DNA from: the human T2T-CHM13v2.0 reference genome, Homo sapiens
DNA: 64,000 bases
NCBI RefSeq assembly: GCF_009914755.1
Contig: NC_060936.1
Direction: 5' to 3' (one strand)
Notes under the pieces: model-generated
Databases searched by the model: none
What the model was told of the DNA's origin: nothing
The model's input: the letters and a program-made list of their open reading frames with translations, nothing else
Part shown: positions 20,995-37,399 of the stretch, in pieces
Layout: the number at the start of each line of letters is the position of its first letter
Numbering within the stretch: the first letter of the stretch is position 1
Position numbers and translations under genes: made by a program

Positions 20995-21422
20995 TGACAA
21001 AGACTGTGTCCTTGACCAAACTTTAGTCAGGTTCCTCTGAGCCCAATCAGGCCCCATCCTTGGGCATGCCCCCACCCCCAATGTCTGATCACCCTCAAAA
21101 TCTGATCAAATTCCTCATCCCTCATCATCCCCCAGGCGATGTCTGATCACCCTGCCTGGTCTTCAGCAAAAATCACACTAGGTCAACTTAGCCAGAATCC
21201 CCTGACTCCCAATGTTTCCCCTTAGTAATTTTCCACCCACTGACCCCACCTTACTCCTTGGTTACAAATCCCCATTTGCCTCTGCTGCATTCAGAGTTGA
21301 GCCCAGTTTCTCTCCCTGACCACAAGACCCTATTGCAGTGGTCCCTACACCAACTGCGATAGTCCCGGATAAAATCTGCCTTACCCTTTTAACAAGGGTC
21401 AAGAGTAAATTTTTCCTTAACA
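20995..21422 (+). mobile_element. MER31-like ERV1 solo LTR
   Basis: TGACAAAGACT..CCTTGACCAAACTTTAGTCAGG ... TTAACA. Confidence 0.8.
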
Positions 21423-21671
21423 TCTCCTGTGGGCACTATTTGTATACATTTAAAGTGAGAGCTTATCCAAGAGCTTCCTTTTTAGCCTGGCAATCAAGTA
21501 TCCTTTTTGCTTCTTTCTCCCGATCACTCCCTAAACCCCTCATCTATAGTAAGAAGCAGAATCAGAATTTGACTCCAAGACTGTGCCTGAGGAGCCTGAG
21601 CCCTAAATACTGTGCTCTATTGTTACCTGTGTTATGTGTAAATAACTGAGCCATTGATTAAAACACAGTTA

Positions 21672-23908
<2,237 letters not shown>

Positions 23909-23910
23909 TT

Positions 23911-23928
23911 TGGTGCCATGACTCAGAT
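23911..23928 (+). other. Primer binding site for tRNA-His
   Basis: TGGTGCCATGACTCAGAT vs the tRNA-His complement TGGTGCCGTGACTCGGAT; both mismatches are CpG-to-CpA changes. Confidence 0.9.
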
Positions 23929-24510
23929 GGGGGACCTCCCTTGGGAGATCAATCCCCTGTCCTCCCACTCTTTGCTCCGTGAGAAAGATCCACCTACGAC
24001 CTCAGGTTCTCAGACCAAGCAGCCCAAGAAACATCTCACCAATTTCAAATCCAGTAAGCGGCCTCTTTTTACTCTCTTCTCCAACCTCCCTAACCCTCAG
24101 CCTCTTTCTCCTTTCAATCTTGGCACCACACTTCAATCTCTCCCTTCTTTTAATTTCAGTTCCTTTCATTTTCTGGTAGAGACAAAGGAGACACGTTTTA
24201 TCCGTGGACCCAAAACTCCGGTGCCGGTCACGGACTGGGAATGCAGCCTTCCCTTAGTGTTTAATCATTGCAAGGACACCTCTCTGATTATTCCCCCACG
24301 TTTCAGAGGTGTCAGACCACACAGGGACGCCTGCCTTGGTCCTTCACCCTTAGCGGCAAGTCCCGCTTTTCTGGGGGAGGGGCAAGTACCCCAACCCCTT
24401 CTCTCCGTGTCTCTACCCCTTCTCCACCTTTCTGGGGTGCAAGAAACCCCCAACCCCTTATCCTTCACCCTTAGCGGCAAGTCCGGCTTTTCTGGAGGAG
24501 AGGCAAGTAC

Positions 24511-24700
24511 CCCAACCTCATATCTCTGCACCCCAATCCCTTATTTCTGCACCCTGACCTCATATCTCTGTGCCCCAATCCCTTATTTCTGCACCCCAAC
24601 CTCATATCTCTGCTCCCCGATCCCTTATTTCCATGCCCCAACCTCTTATATCTCTGCACCCCATCCCTTATTTCCATGCCCCAACCTCCTATCTCTGTGC
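24511..24700 (+). repeat. ~42-bp (2 x ~21-bp) tandem repeat in the HERV-H leader
   Basis: Repeated ACCTCATATCTCTG-CACCCCAATCCCTTATTTC units; translate as TSYLCxPIPYFCxx. Confidence 0.85.
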
Positions 24701-25642
24701 CTGACCCCTTCTCTGCTTTTCTGGAGGGCAAGAACCCCCTACCCCTTCTCCGTGTCTCTACTCTTTTCTCTGGGCTTGCCTCCTTCACTATAGGCAAGCT
24801 TCCACCTTCCATTCCTCCTTCTTCTTCCTTAGCCTGTGTTCTTAAGAACTTAAAACCTCTTCAACTCTCACCTGACCTAAAATCTAAGCGTCTTATTTTC
24901 TTCTGCAATGCCGCTTGACCCCAATACAAACTCCACAGTAGTTCCAAATAGCCAGAAAACAGCACTTTCAATTTTTCCATCCTACAAGATCTAAATAATG
25001 CTTGTCGTAAAATAGGCAAATGGTCTGAGATGCCTGATGTCCAGGCATTCTTTTACACATCCGTCCCTCTCTAGTCTCTGTTCCCAATGCAACTCATCAC
25101 AAATCTTCCTTCTTTCCCTCCCACCTGCCCCCTCAGTCCCAACCCCAAGCGTCGCCGAGTCTTTCTAATCTTCCTTTTCTACAGACCCATCTGACCTCTC
25201 TCCTCCTCGCCAGGCCGAGCTAGGTCGCAATTCTTCCTCAGCCTCTGCTCCTCCACCCTATAATCCTTTTATCACCTCCCCTCCTCACACCCGGTCCGGC
25301 TTACAGTTTCATTCCGCGACTAGCCCTCCCCCTCCTGCCCAGCAATTTCCTCTTAAAAAGGTGGCTGGAGCTAAATTAAAGTTAATGCTCCTTTTTCTTT
25401 ATCCCAAATCAGATAGCGTTTAGGCTCTTTTTCATCAAATATAAAAACCCAGCCCAGTTCATGGCTCGTTCGGCAGCAACCCTGAGACGCTTTACAGCCC
25501 TAGACCCTAAAAGGTCAAAAGGCCTTCTTATTCTCAATATACATTTTATTACCCAATCTGCTCCCGACATTAAATAAAACTCCAAAAATTAAATTCCAGC
25601 CCTCAAACCCCACAACAGGATTTAATTAACCTCGCCTTCAAG

Positions 25643-25969
25643 GTGTACAATAATAGAAAAAAGTTGCAATTCCTTGCCTTCACTGTGAGACAAACCCCAG
25701 CCACATCTCCAGCACACAAGAACTTCCAAAGGCCTGAACTGCAGCAGCCCGGCGTTCCTCCAGAACCTCCTCCCCCAGGAGCTTGCTACAAGTGCCAGAA
25801 ATCTGACCACCAGGCCAAGGAATGCCCGCAGCCCAGGATTCCTCCTAAGCCGTGTCCCATCTGTGCAGGACCCCACTGGAAAGCGGACTGTTCAACTCAC
25901 CTGGCAGCCACTCCCAGAGCCCCTGGAACTCTGGCCGAAGGCTCTCTGACTGACTCCTTCTCAGCTTAG
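25643..25969 (+). pseudogene. gag: HERV-H gag C-terminal (nucleocapsid) remnant
   Basis: CYKCQKSDHQAKEC (CX2CX4HX4C, 25784-25825) and CPICAGPHWKADC (25853-25891). Confidence 0.9.
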
Positions 25970-26034
25970 CGGCTGAAGACTGACGCTGCCCGATAGCTTC
26001 GGAAGCCGCCTAGACCATCACGGACACCGAGCTT

Positions 26035-26330
26035 CGGGTAACTCTCACAGTGGAAAGTAAGTCCGTCCCCTTCTTAATCAATACGGAGGCTACTCACTCC
26101 ACATTACCTTCTTTTCAAGGGCCTGTTTCCCTTGCCTCCATAACTGTTGTTCGTATTGATGGCCAGGCTTCTAAACCTCTTAAAACTCCCCAACTCTGGT
26201 GCCAACTTAGACAATACTCTTTCAAGCACTCCTTTTTAGTTATCCCCACCTGCCCAGTTCCCTTATTAGGCCGAGACACTTTAACTAAATTATCTGCTTC
26301 CCTGACTATTCCTGGGCTACAGCCACACCT
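26035..26330 (+). pseudogene. pro: HERV-H protease remnant
   Basis: FLINTEATHS (degenerate DTG active site) and PLLGRD motif. Confidence 0.88.
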
Positions 26331-26429
26331 AATTACCACCTTTTCCCTCAGTTCAAAGCCTCCTTCACATCCTCCCCTTGTATCTCCCCACCTTAACCCA
26401 CAAGTATAAGATACCTCTACTCCCTCCTT

Positions 26430-28200
26430 GGCGACCAATCACACACCCCTTACCATCTCATTAAAACCTAATCACCCTTACTCCGCTCAATGCCAAGATC
26501 CCGTCCCACAGCACGCTTTAAAAGTATTAAAGCCTGTTGTCACTCGCCTGCTACAGCATGGCCTTTTAAAGCCTATAAACTCTCCTTACAATTCCCCCAT
26601 CTTACCTGTCCTAGAACAAGACAAGCCTTACTAGTTCAGGATCTATGCCTTATCAACCAAATTGTTTTGCCTATCCACCCCGTGGTGCCAAACCCATATA
26701 CTCTCCTATCCTCAATACGTCCCTCCACAACCCATTATTCTGTTCTGGATTTCAAACATGCTTTCTTTACTATTCCTTTGCACCCTTCATCCTAGCCTCT
26801 CTTCGCTGTCACCTGGACTGACCCTGACACCCATTAGGCTCAGCAAATTACCTGGGCTGTACTGCCGGAAGGCTTCACAGACAGCCCCCATTACTTCAGT
26901 CAAGCCCAAATTTCTTCCTCATCTGTTACCTATCTCAGCATAATGCTCATAAAAACACACGTGCTCTCCCAGCTGATCGTGTCCGATTAATCTCCCAAAC
27001 CTCAATCCCTTATAAAACAACAACTCCTTTCCTTCCTAGGCATGGTTAGTGCAGTCCCAATTCTTACACAAGAGCCAGGACCGCACCCTGTAACCTTTCT
27101 ATGCAAACAACTTGACCTTACTGTTTTAGCCTAGCCGTCATGTCTCCGTGCAGCGGCTGCTGCCGCCCTAATACTTTTAGAGGCCCTCAAAATCACAAAC
27201 GATGCTCAACTTACTCTCTACATTTCTCATAACTTCCAAAATCTATTTTCTTCCTCATACCTGATGCATATACTTTCTGCTCCCCGGATCCTTCAGCTGT
27301 ACTCACTCTTTGTTAAGTCCCACAATTACCATTGTTCCTGGCCCGGACTTCAATCTGGCCTCCCACATTATTCCTGATACCACACCTGACCCCCATGACT
27401 GTATCTCTCTGATCCACCTGACATTCACCCATTTCCCCATATTTCCTTCTTTCCTGTTCCTCACCCTGATCACGCTTGATTTATTGATGGCAGTTCCACC
27501 AGGCCTAATTGCCACACACCAGCAAAGGCAGGCTATACTATAGTACAAGCCACTAGCCCGCCTCTTAGAACCTCTCATTTCCTTTCCATCGTGGAAATCT
27601 ATCCTCAAGGAAATAACTTCTCAGTGTTCCATCTGCTATTCTACTACTCCTCAGGGATTATTCAGGTCCCCTCCCTTCCCTACACATCAAGCTTGAGGAT
27701 TTACCCCCACCCAGGACTGGCAAATTAACTTTACTCAACATGCCCTGAGTCAGATAACTAAAATACCTCTTAGTCTAGGTAGACACTTTCACTAGATAGG
27801 AAGAGGCCTTTCCTACAGGGTCTGAGAAGGCCACCGCAGTCATTTCTTCCCTTCAGTCAGACATAATTCCTCAGTTTAGCCTTCCCACCTCTATACAGTC
27901 TGATAACAGACGAGCCTTTATTAGTCAAATCAGCCAAGCAGTTTTTCAGGCTCTTAGTATTCAGTGAAACCTTTATATCCATTACAGTCCTCAGTCTTCA
28001 GGAAAAGTAGAACAGACTAAAGGTCTTTTAAAAACACACCTCACCAAGCTCAGCCACCAACTTAAAAAGGACTGAACAATACTTTTACCACTTTCGCTTC
28101 TCAGAATTCAGGCCTGTCCTCAGAATGCTACAAGGTACAGCCCATTTGAGCTCCCATATAGATGCTCCTTTTTATTAGGCCCCAGTCTCATTCCAGACAG
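26430..28200 (+). pseudogene. pol: HERV-H pol remnant (RT, RNase H, integrase; disrupted and internally deleted)
   Basis: SPYNSPILPV, VQDL..IN, PNPYTLL, VLDFKHAFF; FIDGSS near 27480; SDNRRAFISQ and PQSSGKVE near 27900-28020; many stops. Confidence 0.9.
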
Positions 28201-28799
28201 CAGACCAACTTAGACTGTGCCCCAAAAAACTTGTCATCCCTACTATCTTCTGTCTAGTCATACTCCTATTCACCATTCTCAACTAATCATACATGCCCTG
28301 CTCTTGTTTACACTGCCAGTTTACACTGTTTCTCCAAGCCATCACAGCTGATATCTCCTGGTGCTATCCCCAAACTGCCACTCTTAACTCTTGAAGTAAA
28401 TAAATAATCTTTGCTGGCAGGACTATGCTGAATCTCCTTAGGCACTCTTTAATCAGATGTCCTAGGTCCTCCCAATTCTTAGACCTTTTATACCTGTTTT
28501 TCTCCTTTTCTTATTCCGTTTAGTTTTTCAATTCATACAAAACTATATCCAGGCCATCACCAATAATTCTAAATGACAAATGTTTCTTCTAACAGCCCCA
28601 CAATATCACCCCTTACCACAAAATCTTCCTTCAGCTTAATCTCTCCCACTCTAGGTTCCCACGCCACCCCAATCCCACTCGAAGCAGCCCTGAGAAACAT
28701 CGCCCATTATCTCTCCATACCACCCCCAAAAATTTTCGCTGTCCCAACACTTTACCACTATTTCGTTTTATTTTTCTTATTAATATAAGAAGACAGGAA

Positions 28800-29193
28800 T
28801 GTCAGGCCTCTGAGCCCAAGCTAAGCCATCATATCCCCGTGACCTGCACGTACACATCCAGATGGCCAGTTCCTGCCTTAACTGATGACATTCCACCACA
28901 AAAGACGTGAAAATGGCCTGTTCCTGCCTTAACTGATGACATTGTCTTGTGAAATTCCTTCTCCTGGCTCATCCTGGCTCAAAAGCTCCCCCACTGAGTA
29001 CCTTGTGACCCCCACTCGTGCCCGCCAGAGAACAACCCCCCTTCTTCCTTTACCTACCCAAATCCTGTAAAACCCCATCTCCCTTCGCTGACTCTCTTTT
29101 CAGACTCAGCCCGCCTGCACCCAGGTGAAATAAACACCCATGTTGCTCACACAAAGCCTGTTTAGTAGTCTCTTCACATGGACATGCATGAAA
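28800..29193 (+). mobile_element. HERV-H 3' LTR (complete, 394 bp)
   Basis: TGTCAGGCCTCTGAGCCCAAG...GCATGAAA, preceded by the PPT AAGAAGACAGGAA (28787-28799); AATAAA at 29129-29134; TATA mutated to TGTAAA. Confidence 0.96.
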
Positions 29194-29207
29194 CTGACCT
29201 CAAGTAA

Positions 29208-29471
<264 letters not shown>

Positions 29472-29699
29472 TAGTCTCAAACACCTGGCCTCATGCAATC
29501 TGCTTCCCAAAAGCACACCCAAAAGGTGTGAGCTACCATATCCCACCTACTTAACTCTTTTGTATCTCAGTTTCTTCATATGTAAAATGGGCATAACTGT
29601 CGTGCCTACTACACAGCTGAGTTAATAATTGGCATGGACTCAGTAAAATAAGAACTATTATTGTTAGGCCTCTTTGGAGCCATGGCCACAACAGCATGC

Positions 29700-30125
29700 C
29701 TATCTTTACTCTAAAAATTTTGCCCAACTAGGCTCAGAATTCTCTCTCAACCATCTCCAATTTTACAGTAAAATGAACATTCTGTCTCCAAGGTTCCCAT
29801 TGCTTCTATGAGACCAACCAGTGCCTCTTTGTCAGCCAAATGCAAGGATAGAACAATGTTTATCACCGTGGCTTCCTTTGACTTAAGAGATGGTATTAGC
29901 AGCAAGTGTGAAATGACCTATGTTTATCAGGAGTCTTCCATGGAAGTCATGGTAGTCAGATCTCCTATCACGATTACCTCCTGCCTTGGTGCAGGGCGTG
30001 ATCTCTGTACTAAGAACGTCTTTCTCCATCTCATCTCTGGCCAGGCCAGTTATAGCAACACAGCACTATCACTTCAATCCTTCTATTATTTTGTCTTCAC
30101 TCAAACCACAGATAAGAGGATCTTC
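29700..30125 (-). mobile_element. CR1/L3 LINE endonuclease-region fragment
   Basis: Minus strand gives CYNWPGQ, EVIVIGD(fs)DYHD and MGTLE, similar to the CR1 motifs CYRPP, GDFNYPD and GxLGxSDH. Confidence 0.65.
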
Positions 30126-30130
30126 CTACA

Positions 30131-31308
<1,178 letters not shown>

Positions 31309-32357
31309 CAGATGTTCTTCATAATGAATAGTGCTTCTCCTCTGCTCCGTTTCCCAAATCTTTCATTTCAACCAGTCACAGCCTTTTATTGCTCCATTCC
31401 AACTCTGATCCTATTTCATTGAGTTTCATCATTGATATCAAAACAAGGATAAATGTCAAACCCCAGAGTAATCTGGTGTCCACTCTAAAATCTGCTCATC
31501 TGGCCTTTCAAGTCTTCTTTGGTTACTCAGTGATGGGCAAAAACCCCAATGTTTTCCTGAGGATGGGCTTTTTATCTATATTATTCAAACTCTTAGGCAT
31601 TTTTATCTAAGATATATTTCCAGTGATGATATAAATCAATTCCAGAATCATAGATTAAAGTGAATTCAAAGCATATATAACAATTTCAAAAATATTCATA
31701 CCCAATAATTCCACTCTCAGGCATCATTTCTCAGGAAACAATAGAAAATGTGAGCAAAGATGAAAAGCTCTACCCTGCAGCATTATTTGTAACAGTAAGC
31801 ACTTGAAGACAAACAAAACATTATTATTATTATTATTTATTTTTTTTTTTGAGACAGAGTCTCGCTCTGTCGCCCAGGCTGGAGTGGCGCAATCTCGGCT
31901 CACTGCAAGCTCCGCCTCCCGGGTTCACGCCATTCTCCTGCCTCAGCCTCCTGAGTAGCTGGGACTACAGGCGCCCACCACCATGTCTAGCTAATTTTTT
32001 GTATTTTTAGTAGAGACGGGGTTTCGCTGTGTTAGCCAGGATGGTCTCGATCTCCTGACCTCGTGATCTACCTGCCTTGGCCTCCCAAAGTGCCGGGATT
32101 ACAAGCATGAGCCACCGCACCTGGTGACAAACAAAACATTTAAAAATAGTTGGCTGGCTGATTATTTGATTTGATTTGATTTTTATTTTGATTTTTTTGG
32201 AGACTGAGTCTCGCTCTGTCACCCAGGCTGGAGTGCAGTGGTGTGATCCCAGCTCACTGCAACCTCTGCCTCCTGGGTTCAAGTGATTCTCCTCTGGATG
32301 AATATTTTTAGTGCTATCATTCACTGGAATGATGTAGCCACTAAAAAATTTTATTTA

Positions 32358-32744
<387 letters not shown>

Positions 32745-33811
32745 TCAAAGAAAAGAAGGGACGTCCACCAAATTTTTAGCAGCATTTCCCACTGAATGAC
32801 TGCATTATGGCAATCCTTATCATGACCCTGTTTTACGAGTTTTCTACAACAGCATGTCTATGTTTACAATCGGGAGAAAAGTGGTTTTTGCTTTTGCTGT
32901 TTAATATCTAACATGTGTTGTGACCTGTCCCTGGCCAACTTGTTAGGCGTGGAGATAACATAGTTGAATGAGAGGTGGACAGTTGCTCTCCTCAGCTTCC
33001 GTGTGGGGTTTGCCCCTTCCCTGTGTTAATAGTTGCTTTACCAAAACCTTTCAGGACTCTTTTTTTTTGAGACAGGGTCTGGCTCTGTCACCCAGGCTGA
33101 GTGCAGTGGTGCCATCATGGCTCATTGCAGCCTCAAGCCCCCGGCCCCCTGCCAGGCTCAAGCAATCCTCCCGCCTCAGTCTCCTGAGTAGCTGAGACTA
33201 CAGGTGTGCTCCACCACGCCCAGCTAACTTTTTAGTTTTTTGTAGTGATGGGGTTATCACCATGTTGCCCAGGCTGGTTTCAAACTCCAGGACACAGTCT
33301 GTCCTCCTGCCTCAGCCTCCCAAAGCGCTGGGATTGCAGGTATGAGCCACTGTGCATGACCAAGACTCTTCAGGATCCTAAATGGTTTCAGCAACAAACA
33401 TTGTTTAGTTATGTAACTCAGAACTCCAGTATGGACATACTATGTGATGTGATTTTATTATTGCTTATATGCTTTTGTGGTTTTATTGTTTGTTTTTCTG
33501 TTTGTTTGTTTTGAGACAGGGTTTTTGTTTTTGTTTTGAGACAGGGTCTTACTCTGTCACCCAGGCTAAACTACAATAGCATGATCCTAGCTTGCTGCCC
33601 CCTTGAACTCCTGGGCTCAAGCAATCTTTCTGTCTCAGACTACCAAGTAGCTAGGACTACAGGCATGTGCCACCATGCTATGTTGTCTGGCTGGTGTTGA
33701 ATACCTGGTCTCCAGTGATCCTCCCACCTCAGCCCCCTGAGTAGCTAGCACTACATGCGTGAGTCATGCCTGGCTAATTAAAAAAAAAAAAATTAAGAGA
33801 TGGGGTCTTAC

Positions 33812-34351
33812 TATCACAGCGTGAATCCCAAAATTGGGGTTCAGTCTGGGAGGCCACATGGGTTCTTGGCTTCCCACAAGAAGGAATTCAAGAGTGAGCC
33901 AACAAAGTAAAATGAAAGCAAGGTTATTAAGCAAGTTAAGGAATAAAAGGGGGGCTACTCCATAGGCAGAGCAGTGGCATGGGCTGTTTGATTGAGTATA
34001 CGGGTATTCCTTGATCATATGCTAAACAAAAAGTGAATTATTCGTGAGTTTTCTGGGAAAAAGGTGGGGAGTTCCCAGAACTGAGGGTTTTCCCATTTCA
34101 GACAATATAGGGTAACTTCCAGACATTGCCATAACATTTGTAAACTGACATGGGGCTGGTAGGAGCGAGTGTCTTTTAGCACAACAGTGCATTATCATTG
34201 GCATATAATGAGCTGTGAGGACGACCGGAGGTTGCTTTCATCGCATCTTGGTTTTGATAGATTTGGGCTGCTGCTTTACTACATGTCATTTTATCAGTGG
34301 TGTCTTTGTGACCTGTACCTTGCAAACCAGTCCTGAAGAACTCTTGTCTCA
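33812..34351 (-). mobile_element. MER41-family ERV1 solo LTR inserted in an Alu
   Basis: Minus strand matches recalled MER41 blocks (TACAGGTCACAAAGAC, AAAACCAAGATG, CAGTTTACAAATG, GGAAGTTACCCTATA, CTATGGAGTAGCC); near-TSD TTAC/TCAC; Alu sequence resumes on both sides. Confidence 0.9.
34051..34080. promoter_or_regulatory. Tandem GAS motifs within MER41
   Basis: TTCTGGGAA (34051-34059) and TTCCCAGAA (34072-34080), 21 bp apart centre to centre. Confidence 0.8.
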
Positions 34352-34501
34352 TCACTGTGTTGTCCAGGCTGGTCTTCAAGTGATCCTCCTGGCTTCAGAG
34401 TGATCCTCTCACCTCAGCATCCCAAAATGCTGGGCTTGCAGGCTTGAGACACTGAGCCAGACCCTGTTTATTCTTGAATTGTTTCCAGTGAATATATCTC
34501 A

Positions 34502-34889
<388 letters not shown>

Positions 34890-35540
34890 TTAATACCCTC
34901 TACATTGACCTCACTGGTGCAAAAAATATTAGTTTGCTGGTGAAAATTCACCTCGAGTTACTAAATATCTAACTTTCCCATAACTACCATCTGTTTGTCT
35001 CTTGTGGATCTGTTTGCCTAATATTTAAATGACCCATTCTTCCCCACTTTTACGAAAATAGCATTAATTCCCCTTTCACTATTCACACTTCCTTCATCGT
35101 CACAGTTTGACCAGCGGTCCAGGGTTTATGATCTCAAGCATGGCCATATATATCTATTTCACTTAAGACTCTGGAAAGAGCATAAAATCAGATGTAACTG
35201 TTTCCTATTTCATATAATAGGGAATTCCATCTCTAAAGTTATGACATTTGGCCTTTCAGTGGGTTTTTGTGGTTTTTACTATGGCTGTGCTTAGATTCCT
35301 TTTTGAACACTTTTCCAGTGGTTCCACTTGAACACAATCTTTGAGTCACATAGGAGAGGTGACATGATAGAGTGTAAAGCCAGAAAGAGCACGATTTGGA
35401 TCTCAGCTCAACTGATAGGGATCCGTAGCAAGATACTTCACCTCTCTGAGCCTCAGTTTCCTCATCTGTGCAATGGGAATCGTAACGCCTGCCTCTCAAT
35501 GTTGTTAAGATTAAATATGTTGGCCGGGCGCAGTGGCTTA

Positions 35541-35840
<300 letters not shown>

Positions 35841-36016
35841 TTAGGCGGTCAGTAAACATTTGTTTAACTAACAACTGATAAGGATAGTAAAGAAGTATCA
35901 GAACACCCACCTAGTTATCCCAAAGGGCAGGAAGAGTGCTAGGTAATGGATATAGAATTCCTTTTAGAGTCAAATTACACGGGCAAAGATCAGCCCCTCC
36001 TTCAATTAAAAAGCCA

Positions 36017-36040
36017 GGGGCAGGGCGTAATAAGGAAGTG
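36017..36040 (+). promoter_or_regulatory. GC-box/KLF-like motif and ETS site upstream of exon 1a
   Basis: GGGGCAGGGCG followed by AAGGAAGTG. Confidence 0.5.
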
Positions 36041-36049
36041 GTTCTCCTT

Positions 36050-36256
36050 CTTTAAGCCTCTTTTCAGGCTGAGTCCTAAACCTGAAGAAAGTTTAGAGCC
36101 TGGGGCTCTAAACTACCTGAGTCTTTCCAAACGACAAGCCAAGAAGACCTGTTGAAAGTTTCCTCTTAAGTTTCGTGGAGAGAGACTCAGGTATAGAAAT
36201 ATCCTTACTGCCACCTGACCTGAAGCAGAAGAAATCACAGACAGCTTCCAGACCAG
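36050..36256 (+). other. BCL2L14: BCL2L14 non-coding first exon 1a (start approximate)
   Basis: Unique sequence downstream of GC-box and ETS motifs, ending in the donor CCAG|gtaaca; no ATG; TSS not determinable from sequence. Confidence 0.7.
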
Positions 36257-36431
36257 GTAACACCAGGAGGCACCAGTCTTCATCCTCAGCCTTTGCAGGA
36301 GGACACAGCCTGGTCTTTAGCTGTTTGCCAAATGAGGCAGTCTAATTCAGGGAGCTCTTTACTGGGTTTATTACAAAGTTCTTATCATGTAAGTCTCAGG
36401 ACACAAAATGACATTGAGAATCTAGTTTAGC

Positions 36432-36445
36432 GGGGTTTCCAGGAA
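36432..36445. promoter_or_regulatory. GAS (STAT) element overlapping a kB-like motif
   Basis: TTCCAGGAA at 36437-36445 fits TTCN3GAA; GGGGTTTCC at 36432-36440. Confidence 0.7.
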
Positions 36446-36465
36446 AGACGAAGAAAGGTTATTTA

Positions 36466-36482
36466 GGTTTCTCTTTCATTTC
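36466..36482 (-). promoter_or_regulatory. ISRE / IRF element
   Basis: GGTTTCTCTTTCATTTC reads GAAATGAAAGAGAAACC on the minus strand (three GAAA cores). Confidence 0.75.
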
Positions 36483-36540
36483 TCTTTTGCTACAAAGGGT
36501 TTGGGACATTCAGTTAAGAACACATTACTGGTTGAGGTAT

Positions 36541-36550
36541 GTGACGTTAC
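36541..36550. promoter_or_regulatory. CRE / PAR-bZIP-like site just upstream of exon 1b
   Basis: GTGACGTTAC; TGACGTTA is one mismatch from the CRE TGACGTCA. Confidence 0.55.
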
Positions 36551-36587
36551 TCAGTCTTCTCTGCTTATGTATCTGGGGAGGTATGCA

Positions 36588-36774
36588 ATGACATGACAGC
36601 CATTCCGTGGCCAGGGACACCACTGCCCAAGCTGGAGACCACGAGGATTCAGGGACTGAAGCCAGCATGGGAATTCCTGGTTTGAGATCAGAGTCCTGAG
36701 TACCTCGTGGGAACTTGGGCACTCATCCGCAGGAGGTCTAGACCCCCAGAGAATTCCTTGAGTCTAAGGCACAG
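36588..36774 (+). other. BCL2L14: BCL2L14 non-coding first exon 1b (start approximate)
   Basis: Ends in the donor ACAG|gtaaat; the joined sequence ...AAGGCACAG|GCCCAACATG matches my recollection of the BCL-G cDNA 5' UTR. Confidence 0.8.
36669..36678. promoter_or_regulatory. NF-kB-like site in exon 1b
   Basis: GGGAATTCCT. Confidence 0.45.
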
Positions 36775-37399
36775 GTAAATGGAAGACCCTTCTCTCTCCT
36801 CTCTCCCCTCTAGAAAGCTCCCTCCTCCCTGAGCTCCCTGTCCCCTTCTTTCCACAATCAGAGCCTCGGACCTTCTGTTTGGTGAATATGACCTGAGGCT
36901 CTATCTAGCATTCAGCTTCTATTGTGGGAAGTTAAGGCACTTTCTCTCATTCCTCATTTCACCTTTAGTATTAAAGAACAGTCCAGGCAGAAGGCAGGAA
37001 GAGCCTGAGAGGTCTGAAGTGAGGGGGAGAGGAGAGGGGCAGAAGGGGAGGCTCCGGACAACAGAACCAAGCTGAGCTTAGGATGTGCTGTGGGAGGCTC
37101 CGTGGGGATGAGTGTCAGTGCCCACGAGATCCACTCAGGCCTCAACTGTGTGTCCTGAGCACATGAAGTCAGCTCTTCTGCTGGGACAGCCACCAAGGGA
37201 TTCTCCACACCCCTCACCGCTGGGACAGGCAGAGGCACAGCGAACCAGGTGTCCAGCGTAACTGGGGCACTGGGTGGTGGCCGCCTCTGTGTGTGGAAAC
37301 ACGAGGTGCTTGCTGCAGTTTCCTCTGTGTGCTTATCCGTTAGCTGCCACCCACCGGGAGGGAAGTGAAATCTCACCTCAACAAGTGAGTCTGCAGAGC

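Noticed and set aside
25643-28200. Functional gag-pol genes
   Set aside because: Many stops, frameshifts and deletions; protease catalytic Asp absent; no YxDD motif found; no env.
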